Shown here: positions 28,033-37,926 of the stretch, one piece after another
How positions within the stretch are numbered: the stretch's first letter is position 1
How the letters are laid out: every line of letters begins with the position of its first letter
From: a bacterium
Lineage (GTDB): Bacteria > Sysuimicrobiota > Sysuimicrobiia > Sysuimicrobiales > Segetimicrobiaceae
Assembly (NCBI GenBank): GCA_035308905.1
Contig: DATGFS010000048.1
Coordinates: 17,437 to 81,436 of the forward strand
DNA length: 64,000 nt
Direction of reading: 5' to 3'
The notes under the pieces: generated by a model
Database searches by the model: none
What the model was told of the DNA's origin: nothing
The model's input: the letters and a program-made list of their open reading frames with translations, nothing else
Program-made: the position numbers and the translations under genes

Positions 28033-28852
28033 ACGCGCGGGCGCCGTCTACTGGATCGGCGTGCTGCTGGTCGCGGCCTGGGGGCTCGTCCAGATGGCGC
28101 CGATTCTCTGGATGATTTCGACGTCGCTGAAACCGCTGCGCGACGTCTTCGCGCTGCCCATTCAGTGGATCCCGCGCCCGCCGCAGTGGGCCAACTATCC
28201 CGCCGCCTGGGACGAGTTTCCGTTCGCGCGGTACTTCGCCAACAGCTTCATCGTCTCGCTGTCGGTCACGGTGCTGAACGTGGTGCTCGCCGGCATGGCG
28301 GGGTACAGCCTGGCGAAGTACCGGTACTTCGGCCAGCGCGCCCTCTTTCTCGCGGTGCTGAGCACGCTGATGCTGCCGATCGAAGTGCTGATGGTGCCGA
28401 CCTTCCTCATCGTGAAGAACCTCGGCTGGCTCAACACCTATCAGGGGATGATCGTCCCGGTCGTCGCGGACGCGTTCGGGGTCTTCCTGATGCGGCAGTT
28501 CATGCTGAGCCTGCCGGACTCGCTGGTCGAGGCCGCCCGCATCGACGGCGCGGGCGAGCTCGCCACCTACTTCCGGATCGTCGTGCCGCTGACGTGGCCG
28601 GCCGTGCTGACGCTCGCGATCTTCACCTGGCGGGAGACGTGGGACGCCTTCGTCTGGCCGTACCTCATCATCACCTCAGACGCCCTCCGCACGATCCCGA
28701 TCGGGCTGCAGCGGTTTCAGGAGCAGTACGTCACGACCTACAACTCGGTCATGGCCATCTCGACGATCGCGATGGTGCCGATGGTGCTGTTGTTCTTCTT
28801 CTTCCAGCGCGCCTTCATCCGCGGTATTGCGCTATCCGGCCTCAAGGATTGA
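28025..28852 (+). CDS. CUT1 ABC transporter permease
   Basis: QWANY..AW; YFANS; EAARIDGA. Confidence 0.93.
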   Translation: MDRRAGAVYWIGVLLVAAWGLVQMAPILWMISTSLKPLRDVFALPIQWIPRPPQWANYPAAWDEFPFARYFANSFIVSLSVTVLNVVLAGMAGYSLAKYRYFGQRALFLAVLSTLMLPIEVLMVPTFLIVKNLGWLNTYQGMIVPVVADAFGVFLMRQFMLSLPDSLVEAARIDGAGELATYFRIVVPLTWPAVLTLAIFTWRETWDAFVWPYLIITSDALRTIPIGLQRFQEQYVTTYNSVMAISTIAMVPMVLLFFFFQRAFIRGIALSGLKD

Positions 28853-28878
28853 CGTCTCGCGAGGCCGAGGTGCCGGCG

Positions 28879-29889
28879 ATGCGACCGACCGATCTTCCGA
28901 GCGCGACCCAGAGCCCGCGCTTCTCGGGCATCCGCACGTTCATGCGGCTGCCGTGGACCGCTGATCTGAAGCAGGCCGGCGCGCAGGTCGCCATCATGGG
29001 CATCCCGTTCGACACCGCGGCGAGCTTCCGGACCGGCGCGCGCTTCGGGCCGTCGGCGATCCGCGACATCTCCGTGCTGCTGCGGCCGTCCAACCAGTAC
29101 CACCGGATCAACGCGCTCGAGGCGCTGCGCGTCGTCGACCGCGGCGACGTCGCCGTCGTGCCCGGCGATATCGCGCGGACCTACGCGAACATCGAGGCGG
29201 AATGGGCCGAGTGCGCCGCGGCGGGGGCGATCCCGATCGGCCTCGGTGGAGACCACTCCGTCACGCTGGGGGAATTGCGCGCGATGGCCCGGCGCCACGG
29301 GCCGCTCGCGCTCGTCCAGTTCGACTCGCACACCGACACCTGGGACAACTACTGGGGGGTGCGCTACACGCACGGCACGGGGTTCCGGCGGGCGTGCGAG
29401 GAGGGGCTCCTCGACACCGCCCGCTCGATCCAGGTCGGGCTGCGCGGCAGCGAGTACGCGCCGGGCGATCTCGACGAGAACCGGCGGCTCGGCTTCGAGG
29501 TGCTGCTGGCGCCGGACCTGCTGACGATGTCGCCGGCCGATGTCGCGGCGGCGATCCGGCGGCGGGTGGGGGCGGGGCCCGCGTTTCTCAGCTTTGACAT
29601 CGACTTTTTCGATCCGGCGTTCGCGCCCGGCACCGGCACGCCGGAAGCCGGCGGGCCCACGAGCGCTTTCGGGCTGCAGGTCCTGCGCCACCTGACCGGG
29701 GTGCCGTTCGTCGGCTACGACGTGGTGGAGGTGCTGCCCGCCCACGACTCCGCCGCCATCACGGCGCTGCTCGCGGCCACCGTCGTCTTCGAGTTTCTGG
29801 CACTGATCGCGCTCTCAAAGCCGGCTGCGCTCTCGGGTGCGGCCGCGCAGCAGCCGATCGGCACGGCGGGGGGCGACGGGAATGCGTAA
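28879..29889 (+). CDS. Ureohydrolase (agmatinase/guanidino-acid amidinohydrolase family)
   Basis: PRFSGIRTFMRLP, GARFGP.AIR, GGDHS, FDSHTD, HGT, SFDIDFFDP, PGTGTPE.GG. Confidence 0.93.
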   Translation: MRPTDLPSATQSPRFSGIRTFMRLPWTADLKQAGAQVAIMGIPFDTAASFRTGARFGPSAIRDISVLLRPSNQYHRINALEALRVVDRGDVAVVPGDIARTYANIEAEWAECAAAGAIPIGLGGDHSVTLGELRAMARRHGPLALVQFDSHTDTWDNYWGVRYTHGTGFRRACEEGLLDTARSIQVGLRGSEYAPGDLDENRRLGFEVLLAPDLLTMSPADVAAAIRRRVGAGPAFLSFDIDFFDPAFAPGTGTPEAGGPTSAFGLQVLRHLTGVPFVGYDVVEVLPAHDSAAITALLAATVVFEFLALIALSKPAALSGAAAQQPIGTAGGDGNA

Positions 29890-29954
29890 TCAGGCCGCGG
29901 ACGAGTACGCCGCGGCGTACAGGTAGGGACGTGGAGCTCCGCGCGCGGGGCGGA

Positions 29955-31118
29955 TCATCCGTCCTGACCGGACCGCCGGAACGCCGCCGCCGGGCCGACC
30001 GCGGCGGCCGCGAGCCCGATCGGCAGCGCCAGCAGGAACGGCGCCGTGAGGCTGGCGCGCGCGACCGTTGCGCCCAAAAGGGGCCCGGCGAACAGGCCCA
30101 GGTCGATGGCGCTGTTGAACACGCTCATCGCCGCTGTGTACCGATCGGGCGGAACGCCCCGCGTCACGAGCATGGCGAACATGACGGGCATGATGCCCCA
30201 GGCCGTTCCGTAGACGGCCCCCGCCGCCAGCAGGAGCGGCACCGTGTGCACGAGCGGGACGGCGAGGACGGTGCCGGCGGTCCCGGCGATCGCGGCGAGC
30301 ATCAGCCACCGGCCGTGGCCCCGGGCGACGAGCCGGCCGGTGGGGACCTGCATCACGGCGTACATGCCGCCCTGGATCGCGAAGATCCAACCGATGAACA
30401 GAACGGAGGCGCCCTGCCGGGACGCGTACAGGGGCAGGAACGTGGTCCAGATGCCGGCCACGCTGTAGCAGAGCAGGATGGCGACGCCGAGGCGCGCGAC
30501 CGATGCGGTTGACAGATACACGATGAAGTCGCGAAAGGACGCGCGCGCCGGGGCGCGCCCGGGCATCGGCCGGCCGGCCAGGAGCGGGATCGCGGCCAAG
30601 CTGAAGAGCGCGGCGGCCACGAAGGGCGCGCGCTCGCCGATGCGAGATGCCGCGAACCCGCCGAGCGCGGGCCCGGCGAGGGCGGCGAACGACGTGCACA
30701 GCCAGAAGGTGCCGAAGGCCCGTCCGTGGTCCTCCGGCGTCGCCGAATCGGCGACGGTGGCGTGCAGCGGGGGAATGAGCACGCCCCGCGCGGCGCCGAC
30801 CGCCGTGAGGGCGACGGCAACGAGCGCGCGGGCCTCGCCGGCCGCGGCGGCGCCGAGGCAGAGCGCGTTCGCGACGAGGGCGCCCAGCAGCTGGCGGCGG
30901 CGCCCGATCGCGGCGGCGATCACGCCGGCCTGCAGCTCGACGAGGCCCATGCTCAGGCTGAATGTGCCGACCACGACCCCGATCTCGGCGATGCCGAAGC
31001 CGATGTGCGCAAGGTGGAGGGAGAGGATGGGGACCACGACCTGCCAGGACATGCTCGCGCAGAATCCGGCGGCGCTCAGCGTGAGGCTCGGCGCCCAACG
31101 CCGAGAGGCCGTGCTCAT
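29955..31118 (-). CDS. MFS transporter
   Basis: About 12 hydrophobic segments; GP.LGG.A and GRLV..G.GRW loops. Confidence 0.88.
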   Translation of the reverse strand: MSTASRRWAPSLTLSAAGFCASMSWQVVVPILSLHLAHIGFGIAEIGVVVGTFSLSMGLVELQAGVIAAAIGRRRQLLGALVANALCLGAAAAGEARALVAVALTAVGAARGVLIPPLHATVADSATPEDHGRAFGTFWLCTSFAALAGPALGGFAASRIGERAPFVAAALFSLAAIPLLAGRPMPGRAPARASFRDFIVYLSTASVARLGVAILLCYSVAGIWTTFLPLYASRQGASVLFIGWIFAIQGGMYAVMQVPTGRLVARGHGRWLMLAAIAGTAGTVLAVPLVHTVPLLLAAGAVYGTAWGIMPVMFAMLVTRGVPPDRYTAAMSVFNSAIDLGLFAGPLLGATVARASLTAPFLLALPIGLAAAAVGPAAAFRRSGQDG

Positions 31119-31229
31119 CCTGACGTGTCGAGTTCACCCGGCCCGCGACCGTTTCCTCGGTTGCCGCGGCCCGACGGGCGCCCGGTCGCATGCCGCCGTA
31201 AAGGCCAATTCCAGCGTGGAGGTGTGTTC

Positions 31230-32243
31230 GTGAGACCGACCGTCTTCGTCAGCCAGCCCATTCCCGAGCCGGGCCTCGAGATTCTGCGCGAGGTCGCGGA
31301 GGTCAAAGTGTTCCCGCGCACCGACCGCAACATGACCGAGGAGGAATGGATCGTTGCCGCCTCGCGCTCCGACTACCTCTTCGTCATGGGCGGGAACATC
31401 ATCAGCGGCGACGTCATCAAGGCGAACCCCAAACTGAAGGGCATTTTCATCGTGCACCGCCGGCTGCCCCAGAACCCCGCGATCGACCTCGATACCGCGC
31501 GCGCGCTCGGCGTGCCGGTCGTGTTTCAGGCGCCGTGGGAACCGATCTACGACCACATCGCGGACGCCACCGCCGATCTCACCATCGCGATGCTGCTCGG
31601 CCTCGCCTACCGGATGGTCGATGCCGACCGCTACACCCGCTCCGGCCGCTCGCTCCAGGAGCACACGATGGCGCTCATGGGCCCGGGCGTCGTCGGGAAG
31701 ACCGTCGGACTGTTCGGCCTCGGCATCGTCGCGAAGAAGATGGCGCCCCGGCTCCGTCCGTTCCGCGTGGAGCTCCTCTATACGAAACGGACGCGCCTCG
31801 CGCCCGATCAGGAGCGCGAGATGGGGCTCGCCTGGGTCGCGGACAAGGACGAACTGCTCCGGCGCAGCGACTTCTTCTGCCTCGAAGTCGACTACAATCC
31901 GAACAACCACAAGATCATCGGCGAGCGGGAATTCGCGCTCATGAAGCCGACGGCGTACTTCATCAACACCGCGCGCGGCCGCCTCGTCGACGAGCCGGCG
32001 CTGGTGCGGGCGCTGCAGAACCGCACGATCGCCGGCGCCGGATTGGACGTGTTCTGGCACGAGCCGCCGGGGTCGCCGGAGATGGCCCCGAGCCCGGAGT
32101 TCTTCACGATGGAGAACGTCATCCTCGCGCCGCACAACGGCGGCGCCACCTGGCTCGCCCGCGGCGAGCTGGCGAAGGGGACGGCGCGGCAGATCGTCGC
32201 GATGATCGAGGGCAAACGTCCGGAAGGCCTGGTGCTGGATTAG
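31230..32243 (+). CDS. D-2-hydroxyacid dehydrogenase family protein
   Basis: GTG with GGAGG SD; ATADLTIAMLL, INTARG, LDVFWHEP, APHNGG. Confidence 0.88.
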   Translation: MRPTVFVSQPIPEPGLEILREVAEVKVFPRTDRNMTEEEWIVAASRSDYLFVMGGNIISGDVIKANPKLKGIFIVHRRLPQNPAIDLDTARALGVPVVFQAPWEPIYDHIADATADLTIAMLLGLAYRMVDADRYTRSGRSLQEHTMALMGPGVVGKTVGLFGLGIVAKKMAPRLRPFRVELLYTKRTRLAPDQEREMGLAWVADKDELLRRSDFFCLEVDYNPNNHKIIGEREFALMKPTAYFINTARGRLVDEPALVRALQNRTIAGAGLDVFWHEPPGSPEMAPSPEFFTMENVILAPHNGGATWLARGELAKGTARQIVAMIEGKRPEGLVLD

Positions 32244-32247
32244 CGCC

Positions 32248-33252
32248 GTGCACTCGATCGACGTCCACTTTCACGTCGTGCCGCCGGGGTTCGTCGACGC
32301 CGTGCGGCGCGGGACGTTCGCGGACACCGTCGAGCTCACACGCGACGGCGGCACCGACCGCATGGTGTACCATGCCCCGCCGGACGTCGCGCTCGAGCCC
32401 GGCACGACGCTGCCGCGGCACCTGTACGACGAGCGCCTGATTCTGGAGGCGCTGGACCGGCGCGGGCTGGACGCGGCCGCGCTCGGCCCGTCGCCCGAGG
32501 AATTCTACTACTGGGCGCCGCCGGCCGTCGGCGCCCGCATCGCGGCGATTCAAAACGACGGCATGGCCGAACTGGTGCGCTCGCATCCGGATCGCTTCGC
32601 CGGCCTGGCCACGCTGCCGATGCAGGATCCCGATCGGGCCGCCGCCGAGTTGGACCGCGCGGTCACGGAGCTAGGACTGCGCGGCGCGGAGATCTGCACC
32701 CACATCAACGGCCGCGATCTCGACCATCCCAGCCTGCGGCCGGTGTACGCGGCGGCGGAGCGGCTCGGCGTGCCGCTGTTTCTGCATCCGCAAAACTGGG
32801 GGGACATGCGGCGGTTTCACGATTACGCGCTGTGGAACCTCGCCGGCTTCCCGCTCGAGACCGCGCTCGCGGCGTCCCACCTCATCATGGGCGGCGTCTT
32901 CGAGCAGTTTCCGGGGCTCCGCGTCATCCTGGCGCACGGCGGCGGGTACCTGCCGTACCAGGTCGGCCGGCTCGACCACGGCTATGCCGCGCGGCGCGAG
33001 GTGCACGAACGGCTGCCCCGCCGTCCCAGCGAGTACCTCGGGAATTTGTACTGCGACAGCCTGACGCACAGCGCGCTGTCCCTGCGGTTTCTGCTCGACC
33101 GCATGGGCGACGACCACATCGTGATCGGCAGCGACTACCCGTTCAACATGGGGGACGAGCGGCCCGTGGACACCGTGCGGGCCCTGCGCCTCTCACCGGA
33201 CGTCGAAGCGAAGGTGCTGGTGAAGAATCTCGCGGGACTGCTCGGCCTATGA
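32248..33252 (+). CDS. Amidohydrolase_2 family protein, copy 2 (close paralogue of 26047..27060)
   Basis: DVHFH, LFLHPQNWG, AHGGG, IGSDYPFN. Confidence 0.9.
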   Translation: MHSIDVHFHVVPPGFVDAVRRGTFADTVELTRDGGTDRMVYHAPPDVALEPGTTLPRHLYDERLILEALDRRGLDAAALGPSPEEFYYWAPPAVGARIAAIQNDGMAELVRSHPDRFAGLATLPMQDPDRAAAELDRAVTELGLRGAEICTHINGRDLDHPSLRPVYAAAERLGVPLFLHPQNWGDMRRFHDYALWNLAGFPLETALAASHLIMGGVFEQFPGLRVILAHGGGYLPYQVGRLDHGYAARREVHERLPRRPSEYLGNLYCDSLTHSALSLRFLLDRMGDDHIVIGSDYPFNMGDERPVDTVRALRLSPDVEAKVLVKNLAGLLGL

Positions 33253-33274
33253 CAACAGCCCTGGGGGTGTCGGC

Positions 33275-34582
33275 ATGTTAAGATCGTGGCTCGTACGGGT
33301 CGCCGTTCTGGTGGCGCTTGCGCTTCCCGCCTCGCTGCTGGCGGGCGGCGGGATCGCCGCGAACTCCGCTCCGTCCGGATTCCCGGCGGGGAACATTACC
33401 CTGACGATGTTCGGCAGCGACGAGGCGCCGGGGTTCCACATCGAAGAAGGCCTGATTGCCGAGTGGCAGAAACAACATCCGAGCGTCACCGTGCAGGCGG
33501 CGCAAACGCCGCTCGGCCCGGGGTTCCAGAAACTTTCGACGCAGCTCCCAACCGGCGGCGGTCCGAGCCTGTTCGCCGTCTTCGAGCCCTGGATTGAGGG
33601 GTTTATCCCGTACATGGCGCCCGCGATCCCGGCGGCGTTCGGCGTGGCCAGCATGCGACAGATTAGCGATCTGTACCTGCCGCACGCGCTCGAGGCCCAG
33701 AGCCGCGGCGGCGCGATCTACTGCCTGCCGGTCTCCGCTCCGTCCTGGAGTCTGCTCGTCAACCGGCCGAAGTTCCAGGCGGCCGGGCTCAAGATCCCGC
33801 AGGACGTCCCCCACACGTGGGCTCAGGTCGCGGCCCTGCAGAAGAAACTGACCAAGTATGATGCCAACGGCCAGCTCGCGCAGCGCGGCTTCGGCGTCCG
33901 GTACACCGCCGGCCCGCAGTGGTACGCGATGCTGTTCGTGGCGTCGGTCGAGTCACAGGGCGCGCGCGTGCTCGACCGGGACGGCAGCCCGCTCCTGACC
34001 TCGGCGGCCGCCGCCAACGCGATGCAGATCTTTAAGGATACCGCCGTCGCCCCGACGATCACCAAAGACGTGCAGACGTCGCCCTATCAGGACTTCGCCG
34101 ACGGGCTCGACGTGATGTCGTACGGCGGAGCGAACGCCCTGAGTTTCGCGATCCGGCTCAATCCGGATCTGAAGGGCAACATCTACGTCTCGCAGCTGCC
34201 GAGCATCTCGGGACAGCCGGGCGGGTCGCCGAAGTACTCGTTCGACTTCTGCGTCAACAAGCACGCGTCCGCGGCCGAGCAATTCGCGGCGTGGAGCCTG
34301 ATCGACTACATTACGAGCCGCGGCGTGGTCCGCTTTGTGAACACCGGCAGCCTGACGCCGCGCAAGGTGGTCTTCGAGGCGCCCGAGGTCAAGGCCACGC
34401 CGTTCATCGACGTGTTCAAGACCGAACTGACCTACGCCCGGCCGCTGCCGCAGACCAGCCACTGGGGCCAGCTGCAGGGCGCGATTCAGAACGGCGTGCA
34501 GAAGGTCGTGTTCAAGAACGTGGCCATTCCGCAGGCGCTCCAGGAAATGCAGCAAGAATACCTTCAGGCGATCGGCAAGTAG
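33275..34582 (+). CDS. CUT1-family ABC transporter substrate-binding protein
   Basis: Signal peptide; IYCLP.....WSLLVN..KF..AGL.....P.TW; similar to 24662..25978. Confidence 0.88.
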   Translation: MLRSWLVRVAVLVALALPASLLAGGGIAANSAPSGFPAGNITLTMFGSDEAPGFHIEEGLIAEWQKQHPSVTVQAAQTPLGPGFQKLSTQLPTGGGPSLFAVFEPWIEGFIPYMAPAIPAAFGVASMRQISDLYLPHALEAQSRGGAIYCLPVSAPSWSLLVNRPKFQAAGLKIPQDVPHTWAQVAALQKKLTKYDANGQLAQRGFGVRYTAGPQWYAMLFVASVESQGARVLDRDGSPLLTSAAAANAMQIFKDTAVAPTITKDVQTSPYQDFADGLDVMSYGGANALSFAIRLNPDLKGNIYVSQLPSISGQPGGSPKYSFDFCVNKHASAAEQFAAWSLIDYITSRGVVRFVNTGSLTPRKVVFEAPEVKATPFIDVFKTELTYARPLPQTSHWGQLQGAIQNGVQKVVFKNVAIPQALQEMQQEYLQAIGK

Positions 34583-34619
34583 CGGCGACGATCGCGCGCC
34601 GGGGGGAGGAGCAGGGTCG

Positions 34620-34651
34620 CCCCGGCTCAGGGAGGCACCCCTGAGCCGGGG
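34620..34651 (+). terminator. 13-bp hairpin after the binding-protein gene
   Basis: CCCCGGCTCAGGG-aggcac-CCCTGAGCCGGGG. Confidence 0.6.
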
Positions 34652-34666
34652 TCGATCCGCGGTACC

Positions 34667-35614
34667 GTGAGTAGCGAGCACACGGCGCCTGTCGCCGTCA
34701 ACCGCGCCTGGCCGGCGGAGCCTCTTCTGAACAGAATGCGCCGGCGGTGGTTCGGTCCCACCCAGCCGTGGTGGGGCTTCGCCTTCACCGTGCCGATCCT
34801 CGTCCTGCTCGTGTGCTTCAAGTTCTGGCCGATGGCCTACGCCGCGGGACTGAGCCTCACCAACGCGAGCCTCACGGAACGGACCTGGCGCTTCGTCGGC
34901 GTCGCCAACTACGCGCGGCTGGCTCGAGACACCGCGTTCGCCGGGGCGCTCGCGACGACCGGGCGCTACGTCGGCGCGACGATCGCGCTGTCGATGGTCC
35001 TCGGACTCGGCCTCGCGGTGCTGCTGAACCAGAAGGTCCCGGCCCGGGGACTCTTTCGCACGCTGATGTTCCTTCCGGCCGTCGTGCCGATCATCGTCGC
35101 ACCGATCCTGTGGCAGTTTCTTTTCCACCCGTACGGCCTGGTCAACAACGCGCTTAAGGCGGTCGGGTTGCAGCCCGTGAATTGGCTGCTCTCACCTCAG
35201 GGCGCGGTGGCAGCCCTCGTGGTGGCGACGGCCTGGCGGCTGACCCCGCTGTGCATGGTCATCTACCTGGCCGGACTGCAGTCGATCCCGGGCGAGCTGT
35301 ACGAGGCCGCGAAGGTCGACGGCGCCGGCGCCCCGCGGCGATTTCGGTCGATCACGCTGCCCATGCTCAAGCCGACGTTTCTGGTCGTGCTCGTGTTCGC
35401 GATCACGCTGACCGTCCAAAACTTCGTGCTCGCCCTCGTCATGACGGGCGGGGGGCCCGACAACGCGAGCACCACGCTGTCGCTGTTCGTGTACCAGACC
35501 GGCTTCCTGGGCTTCCAAATGGGCTACGCGTCCGCGGCCGCGCTGGTGATGCTGCTGATCATCGTCGTCTTTACGATGCTGAGCCTCCGCGCGCTCCGGA
35601 GCGAGGAGGGATGA
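34667..35614 (+). CDS. CUT1 ABC transporter permease
   Basis: FVGVANY; LYEAAKVDGA; ITLPMLKP. Confidence 0.93.
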   Translation: MSSEHTAPVAVNRAWPAEPLLNRMRRRWFGPTQPWWGFAFTVPILVLLVCFKFWPMAYAAGLSLTNASLTERTWRFVGVANYARLARDTAFAGALATTGRYVGATIALSMVLGLGLAVLLNQKVPARGLFRTLMFLPAVVPIIVAPILWQFLFHPYGLVNNALKAVGLQPVNWLLSPQGAVAALVVATAWRLTPLCMVIYLAGLQSIPGELYEAAKVDGAGAPRRFRSITLPMLKPTFLVVLVFAITLTVQNFVLALVMTGGGPDNASTTLSLFVYQTGFLGFQMGYASAAALVMLLIIVVFTMLSLRALRSEEG

Positions 35615-35618
35615 GCCG

Positions 35619-36491
35619 ATGAGCCTCGCGCCCGCGGCCGTCCGCCCTTCGCGGCGAGGGGCCGCCCGGGTCCGGGCACACGCGGCGACGATCGGGCTGC
35701 TGCTGCTGCTCAGCGGCGTGACCGTCCTCTTTCTGATGCCGATTTTTTGGATGGTCTCGACGTCGCTGAAAAGCAACCGGCACGTGTTCGACCTGCCGAT
35801 CCAGTGGTTTCCGCACCCGGCGCTGTGGCGCAACTACCCGGCGGCGTACTCGACCGTCCGCTTCACGCGCTATTTCGTCAACAGCGCCATCGTCACGGGC
35901 AGCGTCACCGTGCTCAACGTGCTGCTCTCGGCCCTCGCGGGCTACGGCCTCGCGAAGTACCGCTTCCTCGGCCGCCACATCCTGCTGGTCCTCATTCTCG
36001 CCACGTTGATGCTGCCGCTCGAGGTGGTCATGGTGCCGCTCTATCTCACCGTGCAGCGCCTGGGCTGGCTCAACAGCTACCAGGGCATGATCGTCCCCGT
36101 GGCCGCGAACGCCCTCGGCGTCCTGATGATGCGGCAGTACTTCCTGTCGCTGCCCGACGACCTGATCGCCGCGGCGCGCATCGACGGCGCGGGCCACGTC
36201 AGCACGTTTCTCCGCATCGCCGTCCCGCTGGCCTGGCCGGCGCTGCTCACGGTCGCGATCCTGATCTTCCAGTCGACGTGGGACGACTTCGTCTGGCCGT
36301 TCCTCATCATCAGCAACACGTCGAAGGCGACCGTCCCGCTCGCCGTACAGACGTTTCAGTCCGCCGAGACGTCGGAGTTCCCCATGCTGATGGCCGTGTC
36401 GGCGATCGCCTCGGTGCCGCTGACGGCGCTCTTCTTCGTGTTCCAGCGGCAGATCATCACCGGGGTCGCGACGACCGGGATGCGCCACTGA
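35619..36491 (+). CDS. CUT1 ABC transporter permease
   Basis: LWRNY; YFVNS; AAARIDGA. Confidence 0.93.
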   Translation: MSLAPAAVRPSRRGAARVRAHAATIGLLLLLSGVTVLFLMPIFWMVSTSLKSNRHVFDLPIQWFPHPALWRNYPAAYSTVRFTRYFVNSAIVTGSVTVLNVLLSALAGYGLAKYRFLGRHILLVLILATLMLPLEVVMVPLYLTVQRLGWLNSYQGMIVPVAANALGVLMMRQYFLSLPDDLIAAARIDGAGHVSTFLRIAVPLAWPALLTVAILIFQSTWDDFVWPFLIISNTSKATVPLAVQTFQSAETSEFPMLMAVSAIASVPLTALFFVFQRQIITGVATTGMRH

Positions 36492-36504
36492 TGCTCCCGC
36501 ACCC

Positions 36505-37233
36505 ATGCTGAGGCACACGGCGCTCTTTCTCCACCGGGACACGATCAGCGAGGACCAGAAACTCGCGATGCGGCGCGGCCTCGCGTTCCTCCGCATGGAG
36601 TGCGCCGGGGTGCGCGCCGGCGACTACGGCGAGGACCTCTTCGGCGGCTCGGCCCCGCTGCTCGCGGTGCCGCCGTGGAAGCGCACGCCGCGCTGGCGCG
36701 CGCGCCGGGAGGGGCCCACGGGCAACTACGACATCGCGCTCCACCTCGACTTCGACGACGAGGCGGCGCTCGCACGGTACCTTGCCGACGACCGCCGGCG
36801 CGCCGTCGCGCGCCGGAACGCCGCGGTCAACGTCCCGGACCTCACCGCGCGCATCGACTGGCGGTACGACGGGCCCCCGCTGATTCGCCGCGGATTCGTC
36901 CGCCACACGGCGATGTTCGTCTGGGCCGGCGAGGCCGGCGCCGCCGCGCGCTCGCGCGCCCTCTCCGCGGCCCGGAGCCTGGCCGACGCCCCGGGCGTCG
37001 TGTCCGCGGTCGCGGGCTTGAATTACATGGTTGCCGGGAGCGCAGCGGACGGCGAGAATGCGGTAGGCCCCGCGGCCAACTTCGATTGGATCCTCGACGT
37101 GCAGATGCCGGACCCGGCGGCGGCGCGCGCCCTCGTCGAGGGGCCCGAGTACGCCGGCGCGATGGAGATCATCGCGTCCGTGACCAAGCACGAATGGACC
37201 GCGCGGGTCACGCACGTGATGCGGGGGTACTAG
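36505..37233 (+). CDS. Tandem Dabb (stress-responsive A/B barrel)-like protein A
   Basis: Two repeats of RH..LF ... G.D ... NYDIAL.LDF.D...L..Y...H-type units. Confidence 0.7.
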   Translation: MLRHTALFLHRDTISEDQKLAMRRGLAFLRMECAGVRAGDYGEDLFGGSAPLLAVPPWKRTPRWRARREGPTGNYDIALHLDFDDEAALARYLADDRRRAVARRNAAVNVPDLTARIDWRYDGPPLIRRGFVRHTAMFVWAGEAGAAARSRALSAARSLADAPGVVSAVAGLNYMVAGSAADGENAVGPAANFDWILDVQMPDPAAARALVEGPEYAGAMEIIASVTKHEWTARVTHVMRGY

Positions 37234-37237
37234 GCGG

Positions 37238-37918
37238 ATGACGATCTCACCCCACTTGCGTGGGAGTAGCCCGCGGGATGCGCAGGCGTCGCCGGTCCTG
37301 CGGCGCGTCGTTCTCTGGCGCTGGAACGATCGCGCGACGCCGGAGCAGCGGCTCCGGGCGAAGGAAGGCCTCGCCTACATCAGCTACGCAAGTCCCGTGC
37401 ACGCCGTCGACTTCGGCGAAGACATCGGCTTGACAGACGGCAACTACGATCTCGTGCTTCTCCGGGACCACGGGAACAAAGCGTCCTGGGACGAGTACAG
37501 CGGCGACCCGCACCACGCCCGGGTCGGGGGCTTCATCGACACGATCACGCACGAAGAAATCACGGCCAGGGCCGACTACCTCTACAAGGGCCCGGCGTCG
37601 GTCCAAGGCCGGGTGCGCCACCTGGCGCTCTACGTTTGGCGTGAGGGAATCGACGAGCGCAGGAAGCGCGACGCGCGGCGGGCGCTCGCCGCCCTGCGCG
37701 CCGAATGCGACGCCATCTACGCGCTCGAGGTCGCCGGCGATTTGGGATGGGCGAAGATGGGGCGAGCCGATCTGGTGCTCGAGGCGCACTTCGCGGACGA
37801 AAGCGGCGCCGCGGCCTTCTTGGAGCACCCCGCGTACCGCGAGGCCGCCGAACTGCTCGCCGGGCTGACGCGCGTGGAGCGAACCGCCCTCATCCAGCAC
37901 CGGATGAAGACCGGGTGA
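37238..37918 (+). CDS. Tandem Dabb-like protein B
   Basis: RRVVLWRW...DFGEDIG...NYDLVL...Y..DPHH and RHLALYVW...DLVLEAHF.D....FLEHPAY. Confidence 0.7.
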   Translation: MTISPHLRGSSPRDAQASPVLRRVVLWRWNDRATPEQRLRAKEGLAYISYASPVHAVDFGEDIGLTDGNYDLVLLRDHGNKASWDEYSGDPHHARVGGFIDTITHEEITARADYLYKGPASVQGRVRHLALYVWREGIDERRKRDARRALAALRAECDAIYALEVAGDLGWAKMGRADLVLEAHFADESGAAAFLEHPAYREAAELLAGLTRVERTALIQHRMKTG

Positions 37919-37926
37919 GCCGGGTG

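Noticed and set aside
28879-29889. Calling the ureohydrolase speB or a metformin hydrolase
   Set aside because: Metal ligands are canonical but do not define substrate; needs phylogeny and assay
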